Of a stretch of DNA of 64,000 nt, positions 35,193 to 43,551 are shown piece after piece. How positions within the stretch are numbered: position 1 is the stretch's first letter; each line of letters opens with the position of its first letter. The notes under the pieces were generated by a model, which was given only the letters and a program-made list of their open reading frames with translations, did not search any database and was not told the DNA's origin. The position numbers and the translations under genes were made by a program. The DNA is taken from IMG/VR virus record IMGVR_UViG_3300045988_100207. One strand, given 5' to 3'. The DNA comes from a virus.

Positions 35193-35375
35193 ATGGAGAA
35201 GACAATAACACTTACGAGCGATGAGATTTCAAGCATCACTCTCGCTATATACGACAAGGTAATGAACCTTTCACAAGCAGTTCTTATTTGTGGTGCGGAA
35301 CTCACACCGAATGCACAACAGAGAATTGAGAACTTAAAGGCAATCGCCCTTAAATTGAATGGTATAGAATCTTAA
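35193..35375 (+). CDS. small hypothetical protein (60 aa)
   Basis: Paralog of 35013..35180 and more distantly of 33674..33841. Confidence 0.55.
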   Translation: MEKTITLTSDEISSITLAIYDKVMNLSQAVLICGAELTPNAQQRIENLKAIALKLNGIES

Positions 35376-35392
35376 AGATAGGAGATAAGAAT

Positions 35393-35638
35393 ATGAGAAA
35401 GAACAAAACTTACGAGCAGCAGAAGAAGTTCTATGACAAGAACAACGCCTACGAGAGTTTAGGGGCATTATTCTTCGAATGGCTTACTAGCGGTTATATG
35501 ACCGCAAAGCAGATGCAAGATGTGTACAGAGAAGGAACAAAGGAATGCAAGGAGTACATCTTTGAAGACTTGTTTCACCTTGTAGGACACAAAACCTTCT
35601 ATCAGTTCGTTAGAATCTTCAACTTTGGCAAGAAGTAA
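35393..35638 (+). CDS. hypothetical protein (81 aa)
   Basis: AGGAG-like sequence upstream of the ATG. Confidence 0.6.
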   Translation: MRKNKTYEQQKKFYDKNNAYESLGALFFEWLTSGYMTAKQMQDVYREGTKECKEYIFEDLFHLVGHKTFYQFVRIFNFGKK

Positions 35639-35644
35639 CATGGA

Positions 35645-35691
35645 GCGGTCAGCGAATAGAGAAGCACATCACGTTCAAGCCGTGAGACCGC
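35645..35691 (+). other. intergenic structured element (closing stem plus T-arm-like hairpin)
   Basis: GCGGTC...GACCGC closes the hairpin TCACG-TTCAAGC-CGTGA, which abuts the 3' strand of the closing stem. Confidence 0.45.
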
Positions 35692-35724
35692 ACAAGTATA
35701 ACAATTAAAAGAAAGGAAATTGAT

Positions 35725-35955
35725 ATGAAAGTACATCACATTGCACATTACGAGTATGGCAGTAGACCGCACTCGGAAATGAGAGAAAAGGAGTTCCCTA
35801 CACGTTGGGAGGCCGAGAAGTTTTGTGAGGAATGGAGAAAAGAACATTGGTATTTTGGCGGTGCAGCATGGGCAGAAAGCATAACAGAGCCGAGACCTAT
35901 AACCGCTAACGATGTTCTCGCAGCCGCAGTAATCAAAAAGATTTTAAGATATTAA
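35725..35955 (+). CDS. hypothetical protein (76 aa)
   Basis: ATG ORF. Confidence 0.6.
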   Translation: MKVHHIAHYEYGSRPHSEMREKEFPTRWEAEKFCEEWRKEHWYFGGAAWAESITEPRPITANDVLAAAVIKKILRY

Positions 35956-35968
35956 GGAGGTTTAAGTT

Positions 35969-36058
35969 ATGGACATCACAATTTATGTATTAATCTTCTT
36001 AGTTGGCAGTCTTACAGGCTACAGACTGAGAGCAGCAAAAGACATGGAGGACGAGTAA
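35969..36058 (+). CDS. possible 29-aa single-TM peptide
   Basis: MDITIYVLIFLVGSLTGYRLRAAKDMEDE, with AGGAGG upstream. Confidence 0.3.
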   Translation: MDITIYVLIFLVGSLTGYRLRAAKDMEDE

Positions 36059-36059
36059 T

Positions 36060-36377
36060 ATGAAAAAGAGAATTAAGATAGTTTTGGTAGTGGCAACGAT
36101 AGTTGCCCTACCTCTTATGGGAGCCGGAATGCAGCAGAGCAAGAGCGAGGAGAAATCTTTGCTAGTAGACTTCATCGAGTATTGCAAGACATGTGAGAAT
36201 CTTAGGCAAGTTGATCCTAACAAGGACTACACCCAAGCAACACTCCATGAGCTGAAGAATGCAGCACGTTTCTATGAGGGACAGGAGAACTTTGCCGACT
36301 GCACAGATTATCAGCAGCAAGCAAAGATAGATAAGATTATCGGCAGAACTTATGATGCTAAAGTCATTAACAAGTAA
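36060..36377 (+). CDS. secreted/exported small protein (105 aa)
   Basis: Signal-like N-terminus MKKRIKIVLVVATIVALPLMGAG. Confidence 0.6.
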   Translation: MKKRIKIVLVVATIVALPLMGAGMQQSKSEEKSLLVDFIEYCKTCENLRQVDPNKDYTQATLHELKNAARFYEGQENFADCTDYQQQAKIDKIIGRTYDAKVINK

Positions 36378-36382
36378 AGACT

Positions 36383-36529
36383 ATGAGCGCAGATGATTTA
36401 CAGAAGTTAAGTGACCTTCTTCTAGCTTTCAGCAACGAGGAGGCCACAAAAGGAGAACGTATCGCCATATCAAGGGCACAAGCAATCGTTTTCCGATATT
36501 ATTTATCAAAGAAATACGGAGCAATTTAA
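36383..36529 (+). CDS. possible small ORF (48 aa)
   Basis: ATG 6 nt after the previous stop. Below the track cutoff. Confidence 0.4.
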   Translation: MSADDLQKLSDLLLAFSNEEATKGERIAISRAQAIVFRYYLSKKYGAI

Positions 36530-36547
36530 ATTATAGGAGATAAAATT

Positions 36548-37042
36548 ATGAAGACAACTAAGGCAGTTAGATTGAGTAACAATTTTGTAGGAGTTGAGAT
36601 TAACACCATACAAGACGTAGTAAAGGCACAGGCAGCCGGACTCAAACTTGTAGACAAGGAAGGTTGGGAATATAGTATTTACACCATCGATGATGAAGAG
36701 ACCGGAGAAGAGCGAGAGCCAACAGAACAGGAAATCTTCGAGCACATCACCAAAGACCTCTCAGAAGGCAAGGAAGTGTACGCATGTATGGAATTATCGT
36801 CTGATTGGGAAGTACAGGAACGAGCAAAGACGTGTCTTAAAACCAACTTCTATGTTGGTCAGCAGGTTTTCATTATGCGTGATAACAAGATAGCTGAGAA
36901 GACGATTACTCGCGTCATCCTTGAAGACAGCAAAGACAAGGAATGTTGTAAACTTTTATTACAACATGATAATGCATACACCAATGGTGTAGACGTCTTT
37001 GCCACAAAGGAAGAACTTGTAGAAAGTCTGATGAAGGAGTAA
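36548..37042 (+). CDS. hypothetical protein (164 aa)
   Basis: The C-terminal module VGQQVFIMRDNKI...VFATKEELVESL resembles the 50448..50669 product. Confidence 0.7.
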   Translation: MKTTKAVRLSNNFVGVEINTIQDVVKAQAAGLKLVDKEGWEYSIYTIDDEETGEEREPTEQEIFEHITKDLSEGKEVYACMELSSDWEVQERAKTCLKTNFYVGQQVFIMRDNKIAEKTITRVILEDSKDKECCKLLLQHDNAYTNGVDVFATKEELVESLMKE

Positions 37043-37051
37043 GTTTAACCC

Positions 37052-37071
37052 GAGGGAGAGAAATCTCCCTC
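37052..37071 (+). other. GC-rich hairpin with a GAAA tetraloop and no U-tract
   Basis: GAGGGAGA-GAAA-TCTCCCTC. Confidence 0.6.
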
Positions 37072-37087
37072 ATAAACCATTTCAAGT

Positions 37088-37327
37088 ATGATTAATTCAG
37101 TTGTTAGAAATCTGTTGGATAAAAAGGATTGGAGCAGAATCATTTTCCGCTTTCCTACATCAAGCTATACTTTGTTCAATAGCGAAAAGTACGAGATAGA
37201 TAGTTTCTGCATCTATATTTACGATACGTCCAGAGAGTACAAGGAAACGAAAGTTCTAGACATAAGCAGTCTGATTTCCATGGAGATTAAGAAGAAGAGT
37301 TTTGAAGATATTGTAGAGGAGATGTAA
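37088..37327 (+). CDS. hypothetical protein (79 aa)
   Basis: ATG ORF. Confidence 0.5.
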   Translation: MINSVVRNLLDKKDWSRIIFRFPTSSYTLFNSEKYEIDSFCIYIYDTSREYKETKVLDISSLISMEIKKKSFEDIVEEM

Positions 37328-37332
37328 GCAAT

Positions 37333-37515
37333 ATGACGATAATTATAAAATTTTTCAAGGGAGCCATCTACGTTGACAAGTTCGGACGGAGATACAGGGC
37401 AAGTACAACGTTCATCATCAAGCAGACCTCATTTACTGAGAGGTTCTTTCTGCCGAACGGAATGCAAGTAGACAAGAGCACTTGTCTTGAGAAGATAAAC
37501 GAGAAGAGAAAATAG
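37333..37515 (+). CDS. hypothetical protein (60 aa)
   Basis: ATG ORF. Confidence 0.45.
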   Translation: MTIIIKFFKGAIYVDKFGRRYRASTTFIIKQTSFTERFFLPNGMQVDKSTCLEKINEKRK

Positions 37516-37533
37516 TTGTTGTTGTTATATATA

Positions 37534-37586
37534 GGGCGAATGCGGTATTCAAGCCGCTACAGATGGTTGCAACGTACCATCCGCCC
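37534..37586 (+). other. intergenic three-way-junction element
   Basis: GGGCG-AAT-[GCGG..8..CCGC]-TACA-[GATGGT..8..ACCATC]-CGCCC. Same topology as the 32413 and 34264 elements but different sequence. Confidence 0.5.
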
Positions 37587-37619
37587 ACCAAGTTTAATTT
37601 TAAAAGAAAGGATTTGATT

Positions 37620-37793
37620 ATGAAGAAGTATGTAGTAGAAATCGTGGAGAGAATCACCTACAAGGTATCTCTAGACGCAGCATCATCCGAAGACGCAGAG
37701 AATGCCGCAAGACGTTTGTACGATTTGGGTTGTTTGGAGAATGGCGAGTTGGAAAGTGTTTCGTTTGATGTAGAAGAGAAGGAGGGCGAGTAA
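37620..37793 (+). CDS. hypothetical acidic protein (57 aa)
   Basis: Internal ATG MKKYVVEIVERI is preferred, because the track start at 37563 falls inside the structured element. Confidence 0.5.
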   Translation: MKKYVVEIVERITYKVSLDAASSEDAENAARRLYDLGCLENGELESVSFDVEEKEGE

Positions 37794-37794
37794 G

Positions 37795-38067
37795 ATGAAG
37801 AAACAGAAAGTATTTGTGTTGATTAAGCACGGAGCAGACAATCAAGACTATTCGGGCGTTAATATTATTGGAGTATATCGCACCAAGACCGCAGCCAAGG
37901 AGCGGATGACAGAAGAGGAGGATAATATCCTAGACTTCTACAAGGAGGAATATCCCGATAACTATGAAGTGTCTGAAGACAAGGACGAATCATCATGGAG
38001 CTGCTCATGCAAGGATAGTATTATGTTTGATGAGTTGTTAATAACAGAAAGTGAAATGGAATCATGA
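37795..38067 (+). CDS. hypothetical acidic protein (90 aa)
   Basis: ATG ORF that overlaps the next gene by 4 nt. Confidence 0.6.
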   Translation: MKKQKVFVLIKHGADNQDYSGVNIIGVYRTKTAAKERMTEEEDNILDFYKEEYPDNYEVSEDKDESSWSCSCKDSIMFDELLITESEMES

Positions 38068-38438
38068 TAAAGAAATTTCTATTCAATGAGTTCGGTGTAT
38101 GCACGAATCCTGATAAGACAGAAATCGGCAGCGGAATCCCCCATATCGAAATATCCACAGCTTATGTTAGAGGAAAGTGGACGTATGGAGTGATGTATAT
38201 GCTTGCTGATAGAGGAGGGTCGTTTGGAACGAACCTCAGCAACACGAATTGGTTCAAGACACAGGAAGATGCCATTGAGCATGCTTTGAATTGGGCAAAG
38301 CATTGGCTTAACGTACAGATAGAGAAAGAGCGCAACCGGAATAGTTCTGTTTGCAAGAGCGCAGCTAAGATACTGAAGGAGACAGAAAATCTACTCCCGA
38401 AGAAGAGATATGTACAACTAGAATTATTTGAGTTTTAA
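38064..38438 (+). CDS. hypothetical protein (124 aa)
   Basis: ATGA overlap with the previous gene. Confidence 0.65.
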   Translation: MIKKFLFNEFGVCTNPDKTEIGSGIPHIEISTAYVRGKWTYGVMYMLADRGGSFGTNLSNTNWFKTQEDAIEHALNWAKHWLNVQIEKERNRNSSVCKSAAKILKETENLLPKKRYVQLELFEF

Positions 38439-38442
38439 GAAT

Positions 38443-38715
38443 ATGAATAAGCAAGAATTTATCTTCGTCTTCCCTCAGTCGGGTGAGACGATAACAAAGA
38501 AAATGAATCCTTTGGCGGTGAAGGATGCAGCCGTGAAGTATCTGAAAACGCAGAATGAGGTAAGAGGAGACATCTGTATCATCAAGAACGCACATGAAGA
38601 TGTTGTGGCAATGGCCTACGTGAGCGACATGATGAAGGTTTCCTTCTTTACCGAGGACGAAAGTGTGAACGACATCAAACCGATAGGAGTAATCGAGGAA
38701 GGAGGGGAGAAATGA
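38443..38715 (+). CDS. hypothetical protein (90 aa)
   Basis: ATG MNKQEFIFVF. The track start at 38428 is TTG. Confidence 0.6.
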   Translation: MNKQEFIFVFPQSGETITKKMNPLAVKDAAVKYLKTQNEVRGDICIIKNAHEDVVAMAYVSDMMKVSFFTEDESVNDIKPIGVIEEGGEK

Positions 38716-39095
38716 GCGAAATCAATTTCAAGGCAATACGAGTAAGAACAGGTTCGTGGGTTGATTGTTCCCCTACTATCAGAAATAGCGAAGTTTTTTC
38801 TAAACATAAAGAACTTGGTGTAATAAACTCATATTTGATTGACACCAACACACTCTGCCAATTTACAGGTGCACGGGATTGTAACGGATTTCCTATCTAT
38901 GAGCATGATTTGCTCAGACAATACGAGGATACAGGCAGCATCTATGAAGTAGTTTGGAATCAAGGCAACACTAGTTTTAGTTTGGTCGATACAGAACACC
39001 CTGTTCTCTACCCAAATACTTTAGGGAGAATGTTGCGTAATAGGCAACTAAAAATTGTCGGCAATAAATTCGATAAGAAAGGAGGTAAGCAATGA
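38712..39095 (+). CDS. YopX-like protein (127 aa)
   Basis: LCQFTGARDCNGFPIYEHDLL...KIVGNKFDK. Paralog of 57373..57735. Confidence 0.7.
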   Translation: MSEINFKAIRVRTGSWVDCSPTIRNSEVFSKHKELGVINSYLIDTNTLCQFTGARDCNGFPIYEHDLLRQYEDTGSIYEVVWNQGNTSFSLVDTEHPVLYPNTLGRMLRNRQLKIVGNKFDKKGGKQ

Positions 39096-39262
39096 AAGCA
39101 AGACTAGCAAGGAAGATACTTCTAGGTTCAGAAAAGAAGAAACGATATTGGACGAAACGAGTGATTAAAACTTCTTTTGGTTGGAAAGAAGACCACAGAG
39201 TTATTAAAGCACTTCAAATTTATCATCGCAAGAGAAGAAGAAAGGAGGTAAGCTATGAGTAA
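39092..39262 (+). CDS. small basic protein (56 aa), MKxRxAKK family
   Basis: MKARLARKILLGSEKKKRYW...EDHRVIKALQIYHRKRRRK. ATGA overlap with the upstream gene. Below the track cutoff. Confidence 0.5.
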   Translation: MKARLARKILLGSEKKKRYWTKRVIKTSFGWKEDHRVIKALQIYHRKRRRKEVSYE

Positions 39263-39323
39263 ACAGGAATGGTTCGTGCTCTTTATCTTCTTATTCACGA
39301 TACTGATGGCAATATTAGGTTGA
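39255..39323 (+). CDS. possible 22-aa hydrophobic peptide
   Basis: MSKQEWFVLFIFLFTILMAILG, with GGAGGTAAGC upstream. Confidence 0.25.
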   Translation: MSKQEWFVLFIFLFTILMAILG

Positions 39324-39327
39324 GAAT

Positions 39328-39744
39328 ATGGAAAGGGCAAGAATCATAATCTACGATGATTGGGCGATACTCGATGAGACAGAGACCTTCTTCAAGGATA
39401 AAGCCTATCTTATCGGCATCGCCAAATCTACACTTCAGCAGACGCCCGATGCGGTAATTGCTGAAGTTTGGGTAAATGACCGGCTGAAAATGAAGTTCCG
39501 CATCAATAGCAAGGGCAAGGTTCAGCAATGCAAGGTCAGTCAGCATCCAGGGTGGGGTGGTCGCAGAGAGCGAGCCGGAGCACCGAGCAAGGGCGCAGCT
39601 GCCCTCATCTACAGGGTTGTGACGCATGTAAACGAAGAAACGTTTGAGTTTTGCGAATCCATAGGACGCAACAAAGGCGCGTGGATCAGACAGGCTATAG
39701 CCGAGAAACGAGAACGTGAAGACAAGGAAAAAGCAGGGCACTAG
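39328..39744 (+). CDS. ribbon-helix-helix-like DNA-binding protein with an extra N-domain (138 aa)
   Basis: GWGGRRERAGAPSKG...YRVVTHVNEETFEFCESIGRNKGAWIRQAIAEK matches the typical G/R-rich arm plus RHH pattern. Confidence 0.6.
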   Translation: MERARIIIYDDWAILDETETFFKDKAYLIGIAKSTLQQTPDAVIAEVWVNDRLKMKFRINSKGKVQQCKVSQHPGWGGRRERAGAPSKGAAALIYRVVTHVNEETFEFCESIGRNKGAWIRQAIAEKREREDKEKAGH

Positions 39745-39756
39745 GCTCTGCTTTTT
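39728..39756. terminator. bidirectional terminator between convergent operons
   Basis: AAAAAGCAG...CTGCTTTTT hairpin flanked by an A-run and a T-run. Confidence 0.6.
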
Positions 39757-39759
39757 CTG

Positions 39760-40035
39760 TTACCATGTTATCATTCGGTCGTATTGTCTATGCCACATAT
39801 AGGCAAGTTGTTTCTTATATTCTTTTATAATTTTAAAACGTGCCTTTTGTTTCCACTTGGTACGTCTACCTAATATTACATACTTAACATTCTCGGTATA
39901 GATGTATGCATGACCAACGGCTGTGTCCTTCTCTTCAGTCTTTGGGTATACACGTCTTTCAATACCATACTTCGCAGACTTCTTTAGCTTGCGAGGAATG
40001 CGAGCCTTATAGAATCTAAAGAATCTTCTTTTCAT
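39760..40035 (-). CDS. small basic protein (91 aa)
   Basis: Lys/Arg-rich. Third of three overlapping tandem small ORFs. Confidence 0.5.
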   Translation of the reverse strand: MKRRFFRFYKARIPRKLKKSAKYGIERRVYPKTEEKDTAVGHAYIYTENVKYVILGRRTKWKQKARFKIIKEYKKQLAYMWHRQYDRMITW

Positions 40036-40234
40036 GCTTACCTCGCTTTCTTCTTGACTTTATCCGGATAGGAAAGTGATTTTGTATTCGCCCATCCATA
40101 TTAACAAAACTATACCATAAATAATAACCTCTTGGAAAGAATGAAATCTTAGCCTTGCGCCTAAACCTGTAACCTTGACTTTCCCAATACGGACGAGCCT
40201 TCTTCATTTGTTTCTTAGCCAGTCTAACCTTCAT
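40016..40234 (-). CDS. small basic protein (72 aa), MKxRxAKK family
   Basis: MKVRLAKKQMKKARPYWESQGYR...RRKRGKHE. Confidence 0.5.
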   Translation of the reverse strand: MKVRLAKKQMKKARPYWESQGYRFRRKAKISFFPRGYYLWYSFVNMDGRIQNHFPIRIKSRRKRGKHEKKIL

Positions 40235-40382
40235 GCTTACCTCGCTTTCTCTTTCTTAAATACCTATTTAATCTTGTTATAACTTTTTTCAATACATAAA
40301 TTTTATCCCCATAAGCAAGATGATAAGTTGGACGCAAATCTTTATCATGATGCGCTATCTTCTTTGCTAATCTAATCTTCAT
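40224..40382 (-). CDS. small basic protein (52 aa), MKxRxAKK family
   Basis: MKIRLAKKIAHHDK...RKRKRGKHEG. Below the track cutoff. Overlaps both neighbours. Confidence 0.45.
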   Translation of the reverse strand: MKIRLAKKIAHHDKDLRPTYHLAYGDKIYVLKKVITRLNRYLRKRKRGKHEG

Positions 40383-41067
40383 ACGCTACTCCTTTTTTGT
40401 TCAACAAATAATCCAAGCACTCCTTACCGATAGTACTTTCTGCCTTGGAATATTCATCATCGTATAACGATTCGTTACCATCATACCTAGAAAGGTATTT
40501 CATTCGTTTCCTGTCTGCATCAGACATGATTTTAAGCTTTGCGACAATCACTTCATTACTGATTACCTTGTCAAGAAACCACAACAGGTTAGTTAACGCT
40601 AATTTGTTTGGTTCATAATCGTCAACATTTGATAATTCTGACAGCCTTCCTTGAGTATATTTCGTAAGTCTATCTTTGTAATTCATACATTTCTCAAAAT
40701 AGAATACGATAGGCTTGTTGAAAGAAGGAGTAAGCAGACCATAAGCGATACTCATACTTACTTGGAACTTTGCAGCACCTGTTAGCAGACCTTTCGCCTG
40801 TTCCTTTATAGATTCACGGAATAGTTCGATACCCATATCACGCTTTCTAAAGTTACAGGCGCGGCAAGAAGGCATGTAATTCTCCATACTGTCCTCACCA
40901 TGAGAAACGACATACTTACCTTCCTTATCACTCCAACGAGGGTAACCGCCACGATTCTTGGGAACGAAATGGTCTACTTGCATATCTTCGAACTTTATTT
41001 CTTTTCCGCAGTATGCGCAATGATGGCCGTACTTCTCCCAAACTTTTATTCTATCTTCCTTTTTCAT
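40372..41067 (-). CDS. HNH endonuclease with an uncharacterised 150-aa C-terminal extension
   Basis: HHCAYCGKEI...VDHFVPKNRGG...NYMPSCRACNFRKRD. Confidence 0.8.
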   Translation of the reverse strand: MKKEDRIKVWEKYGHHCAYCGKEIKFEDMQVDHFVPKNRGGYPRWSDKEGKYVVSHGEDSMENYMPSCRACNFRKRDMGIELFRESIKEQAKGLLTGAAKFQVSMSIAYGLLTPSFNKPIVFYFEKCMNYKDRLTKYTQGRLSELSNVDDYEPNKLALTNLLWFLDKVISNEVIVAKLKIMSDADRKRMKYLSRYDGNESLYDDEYSKAESTIGKECLDYLLNKKGVAYED

Positions 41068-41069
41068 AA

Positions 41070-41303
41070 CTAAGATTCTATTACTTCCAAATACTTCAAC
41101 TTTGCGAATCGGTAAGAGTTATATGTTTCGCCAAGCGTTTTATACACTTTAGATGTAAAGTATAGAATGCAGCCAGTATAATCATTAAAACCTAATATGA
41201 TATACTTATCTTCAATATACCCTGCTACATATGCGCCAATATCCTTGCCCTTATAAAGAACTCGCTTACCTAGATGAGCATTATAAAAATCCTTGTTTGT
41301 CAT
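41070..41303 (-). CDS. hypothetical protein (77 aa)
   Basis: ATG ORF with 2-nt spacing. Confidence 0.6.
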   Translation of the reverse strand: MTNKDFYNAHLGKRVLYKGKDIGAYVAGYIEDKYIILGFNDYTGCILYFTSKVYKTLGETYNSYRFAKLKYLEVIES

Positions 41304-41306
41304 ACG

Positions 41307-41762
41307 CTACTTAAATTTAATGATAAAAAACTCAGTATCAAGCCATTTATCGGGGCATAAGCCTTTCTTAGGCTTGCCGATGGTAATACTCTCAATCTCC
41401 TTCACAATCTTTGGGCTATCGTCATAGTAGCCATTTTTGAAGAGTACGTAGGTAAAGGGTATGAACTTCATAGTACCATCATCCAACAATTTCTTGATAG
41501 TGTCGGTATCTATAAGCATTTCCTCGTTCTTTCCTATGTGGAGTTTTTTGTACTTATCGAAATCTTTGCACTCTTCATCCTTGATAAGGAGAAGACGACT
41601 CATCCAAAAACCTTTAATCACCCGATACTCCTCTGTCTTCTCGCCTGATAGAATCATGTCGAACCATTGCTTGCTGATGGTGAGGGTCAGAACTTCCTTC
41701 TTATTCCAATCAGCGACAGCTTCCTTCAAGTACTTATCCATTACCTTTGCAAGCCTTTCCAT
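41307..41762 (-). CDS. ASCH (PUA-like) domain protein (151 aa)
   Basis: LTISKQWFDMILSGEKTEEYRVIK pattern. Confidence 0.6.
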   Translation of the reverse strand: MERLAKVMDKYLKEAVADWNKKEVLTLTISKQWFDMILSGEKTEEYRVIKGFWMSRLLLIKDEECKDFDKYKKLHIGKNEEMLIDTDTIKKLLDDGTMKFIPFTYVLFKNGYYDDSPKIVKEIESITIGKPKKGLCPDKWLDTEFFIIKFK

Positions 41763-42015
41763 TCTTCTCTTTCATCTTAGCGATGCGTTCATTAAAAGCA
41801 TCAAATGGTCTAACTCTCTTCCTAAACTCGACAAGCGTACATGGATATTTCGCTTTTGTCTTGTGATAATGCCTGTAGCGGTGTATCTTCCAAAAAGAAT
41901 TTACGAAGTCCTTACATTTCTTGAAGGTGTAGCAACAAGTGCAATTCTTACATCTTCCTGTCGAATGCGTCCAGCAGTATGCAAAAATGAGACGCTCTTT
42001 TATAAAACTTCCCAT
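41734..42015 (-). CDS. Cys/His-rich small protein (93 aa)
   Basis: CWTHSTGRCKNCTCC...KCKD. Overlaps the next gene by 29 nt. Confidence 0.45.
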   Translation of the reverse strand: MGSFIKERLIFAYCWTHSTGRCKNCTCCYTFKKCKDFVNSFWKIHRYRHYHKTKAKYPCTLVEFRKRVRPFDAFNERIAKMKEKNGKACKGNG

Positions 42016-42019
42016 AAGC

Positions 42020-42268
42020 CTACAACTTTTCTAATTTATCCAATATGTCATTAAGACTCTTCTCGATGTTGGCGATAACCATCGCTCTAAGTCCTTTGAT
42101 AACATCCTTATCAAGAAGGTAATCTACATTGCGAATCTCGTTGTTGCACCTTCCTTCAAGGTTAACTCTTAAATCCACATAATGGCTATTTGCAAACTGC
42201 AAAAGTTCTCTTTTATCATCAAGGTCTTTCTTCAGCTGAATAGCTTTCTTTAAATCTTCTTCTTTCAT
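42020..42268 (-). CDS. hypothetical protein (82 aa)
   Basis: ATG ORF, first gene after the terminator at 42280-42304. Confidence 0.6.
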   Translation of the reverse strand: MKEEDLKKAIQLKKDLDDKRELLQFANSHYVDLRVNLEGRCNNEIRNVDYLLDKDVIKGLRAMVIANIEKSLNDILDKLEKL

Positions 42269-42279
42269 ACGCTATAATT

Positions 42280-42304
42280 AAAAAGCCCCCTCCGAAGAGA
42301 GGGC
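42280..42304 (-). terminator. intrinsic terminator after the lipoprotein gene
   Basis: On the minus strand: GCCCTCT-CTTCGG-AGGGGGC followed by TTTTT. Confidence 0.75.
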
Positions 42305-42310
42305 AATTAG

Positions 42311-42772
42311 TTACTTAACTATCTTCACTAGGATGGTGTCACGCTTAGGAACGCTTGCACTCGGCTTGGAAGTTCCCTTCACTATATCGCCAATCTTAGA
42401 GAAATTCTTATCAAGAACGATTACATCATCTACGAAAAAATCACTCTCACCGCGATTGTTGAAAACATTCTTCGCACCCCATACTTGGTGATATTTAATC
42501 TTGACCTTCCATCCCTCCACCTGTGCCTTAACCAAGGTGTCGATGAGTTTCTGTTGGTCGTTGCGGTCATTATCAATAGAGAAAGTGAATGGCTCTCCAC
42601 TGGAGTTCATTCCTGTCTGAGTAATGTTCAAGAGACCATCCCAAGAATCCCAAAAAACACCAGCCTTGCTAAACTTGGTAACTGTACCTACACGCTCTCC
42701 GTCAGAGAAGTGCTCCTTACAAGAGGTGAACAAACTTGCGACAACTAAGGTCGCTAACAAAATCTTCTTCAT
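42311..42772 (-). CDS. lipoprotein (153 aa from ATG 42772)
   Basis: MKKILLATLVVASLFTSC signal plus lipobox. The track start at 42784 is TTG. Confidence 0.7.
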   Translation of the reverse strand: MKKILLATLVVASLFTSCKEHFSDGERVGTVTKFSKAGVFWDSWDGLLNITQTGMNSSGEPFTFSIDNDRNDQQKLIDTLVKAQVEGWKVKIKYHQVWGAKNVFNNRGESDFFVDDVIVLDKNFSKIGDIVKGTSKPSASVPKRDTILVKIVK

Positions 42773-42774
42773 AA

Positions 42775-43230
42775 TTATACGCAATTATTTTTAAGTTTCT
42801 GATAAATATCTTTAAGTTTCTCTCTTTGTCTTGCGATGCGCTCCTTTTTCTCCTTCTTTGTCAACTTCTTAATGACAGGATAATCTTTGATTGCATCAAT
42901 GAGCATATTTCTTATATCATCACAGAACACTTCTGTGTTGCTTATCCTAAGAGTTTTGATGTTCAAACTCAAAAGTTCCTTATCTCGCAAATCGTCTTTC
43001 TCTTGCTTTGCAGCATGAGACCAACCATCTACTTCGATAGCGACTTGTATCTTTGGCAGATATATATCAACGAAGTATACATGGTCGTTTACTATGATAG
43101 GGTGCTGAATTTTTGCACTCTGTCTTATATTTCGAGGTAATTTGCTAAACAAATACCTCTCTGCCCTTGTTCGAGTAGCGATAAGCTTGCTACGATTATT
43201 CTTAATCCACTCATTTAAGTTTTTATTCAT
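42775..43230 (-). CDS. DUF559 / Vsr-fold endonuclease-like protein (151 aa)
   Basis: YFVDIYLPKIQVAIEVDGWSHAAKQEKDDLRDKELLSLNIKTLRISNTEV pattern. Confidence 0.6.
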   Translation of the reverse strand: MNKNLNEWIKNNRSKLIATRTRAERYLFSKLPRNIRQSAKIQHPIIVNDHVYFVDIYLPKIQVAIEVDGWSHAAKQEKDDLRDKELLSLNIKTLRISNTEVFCDDIRNMLIDAIKDYPVIKKLTKKEKKERIARQREKLKDIYQKLKNNCV

Positions 43231-43518
43231 AACTATTTTTAATGTTAAAACCGCTAGGCTAAGAGCCTTCGGATTCTAGAATCCCCCTTATCGCACACGT
43301 ATGCGATAGCACACAAAAAATTATTTCCGCTGAGGCAATCACCCCCATCATCTGGTCACTTGATAATCTACATCAGTTGACCTAAGCAGCTTTCGGTGTA
43401 GTTACCGCCTTGCTCGCCTTCTGCTATCAAATCCTGCGATGTCGCCATGCGTCCTCTTGCGACTTGGGTTTAAAGTCAGCGTAGCCGAGTGGAGTTAACC
43501 GACAAACTACCATGACTG

Positions 43519-43551
43519 CCAAAAACTCGGGGAAAATAAAAATCCCCAAGT
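43519..43551 (-). terminator. terminator/attenuator-like hairpin inside a long minus-strand leader
   Basis: On the minus strand: ACTTGGGGA-9 nt-TCCCCGAGT followed by TTTTTGG. Confidence 0.5.

Noticed and set aside
39535-39605. A GC-rich stretch that looked like another copy of the GC-rich structured elements.
   Set aside because: It lies inside 39328..39744 and encodes the Gly/Arg-rich arm (GWGGRRERAGAPSKG) that precedes the ribbon-helix-helix-like motif.
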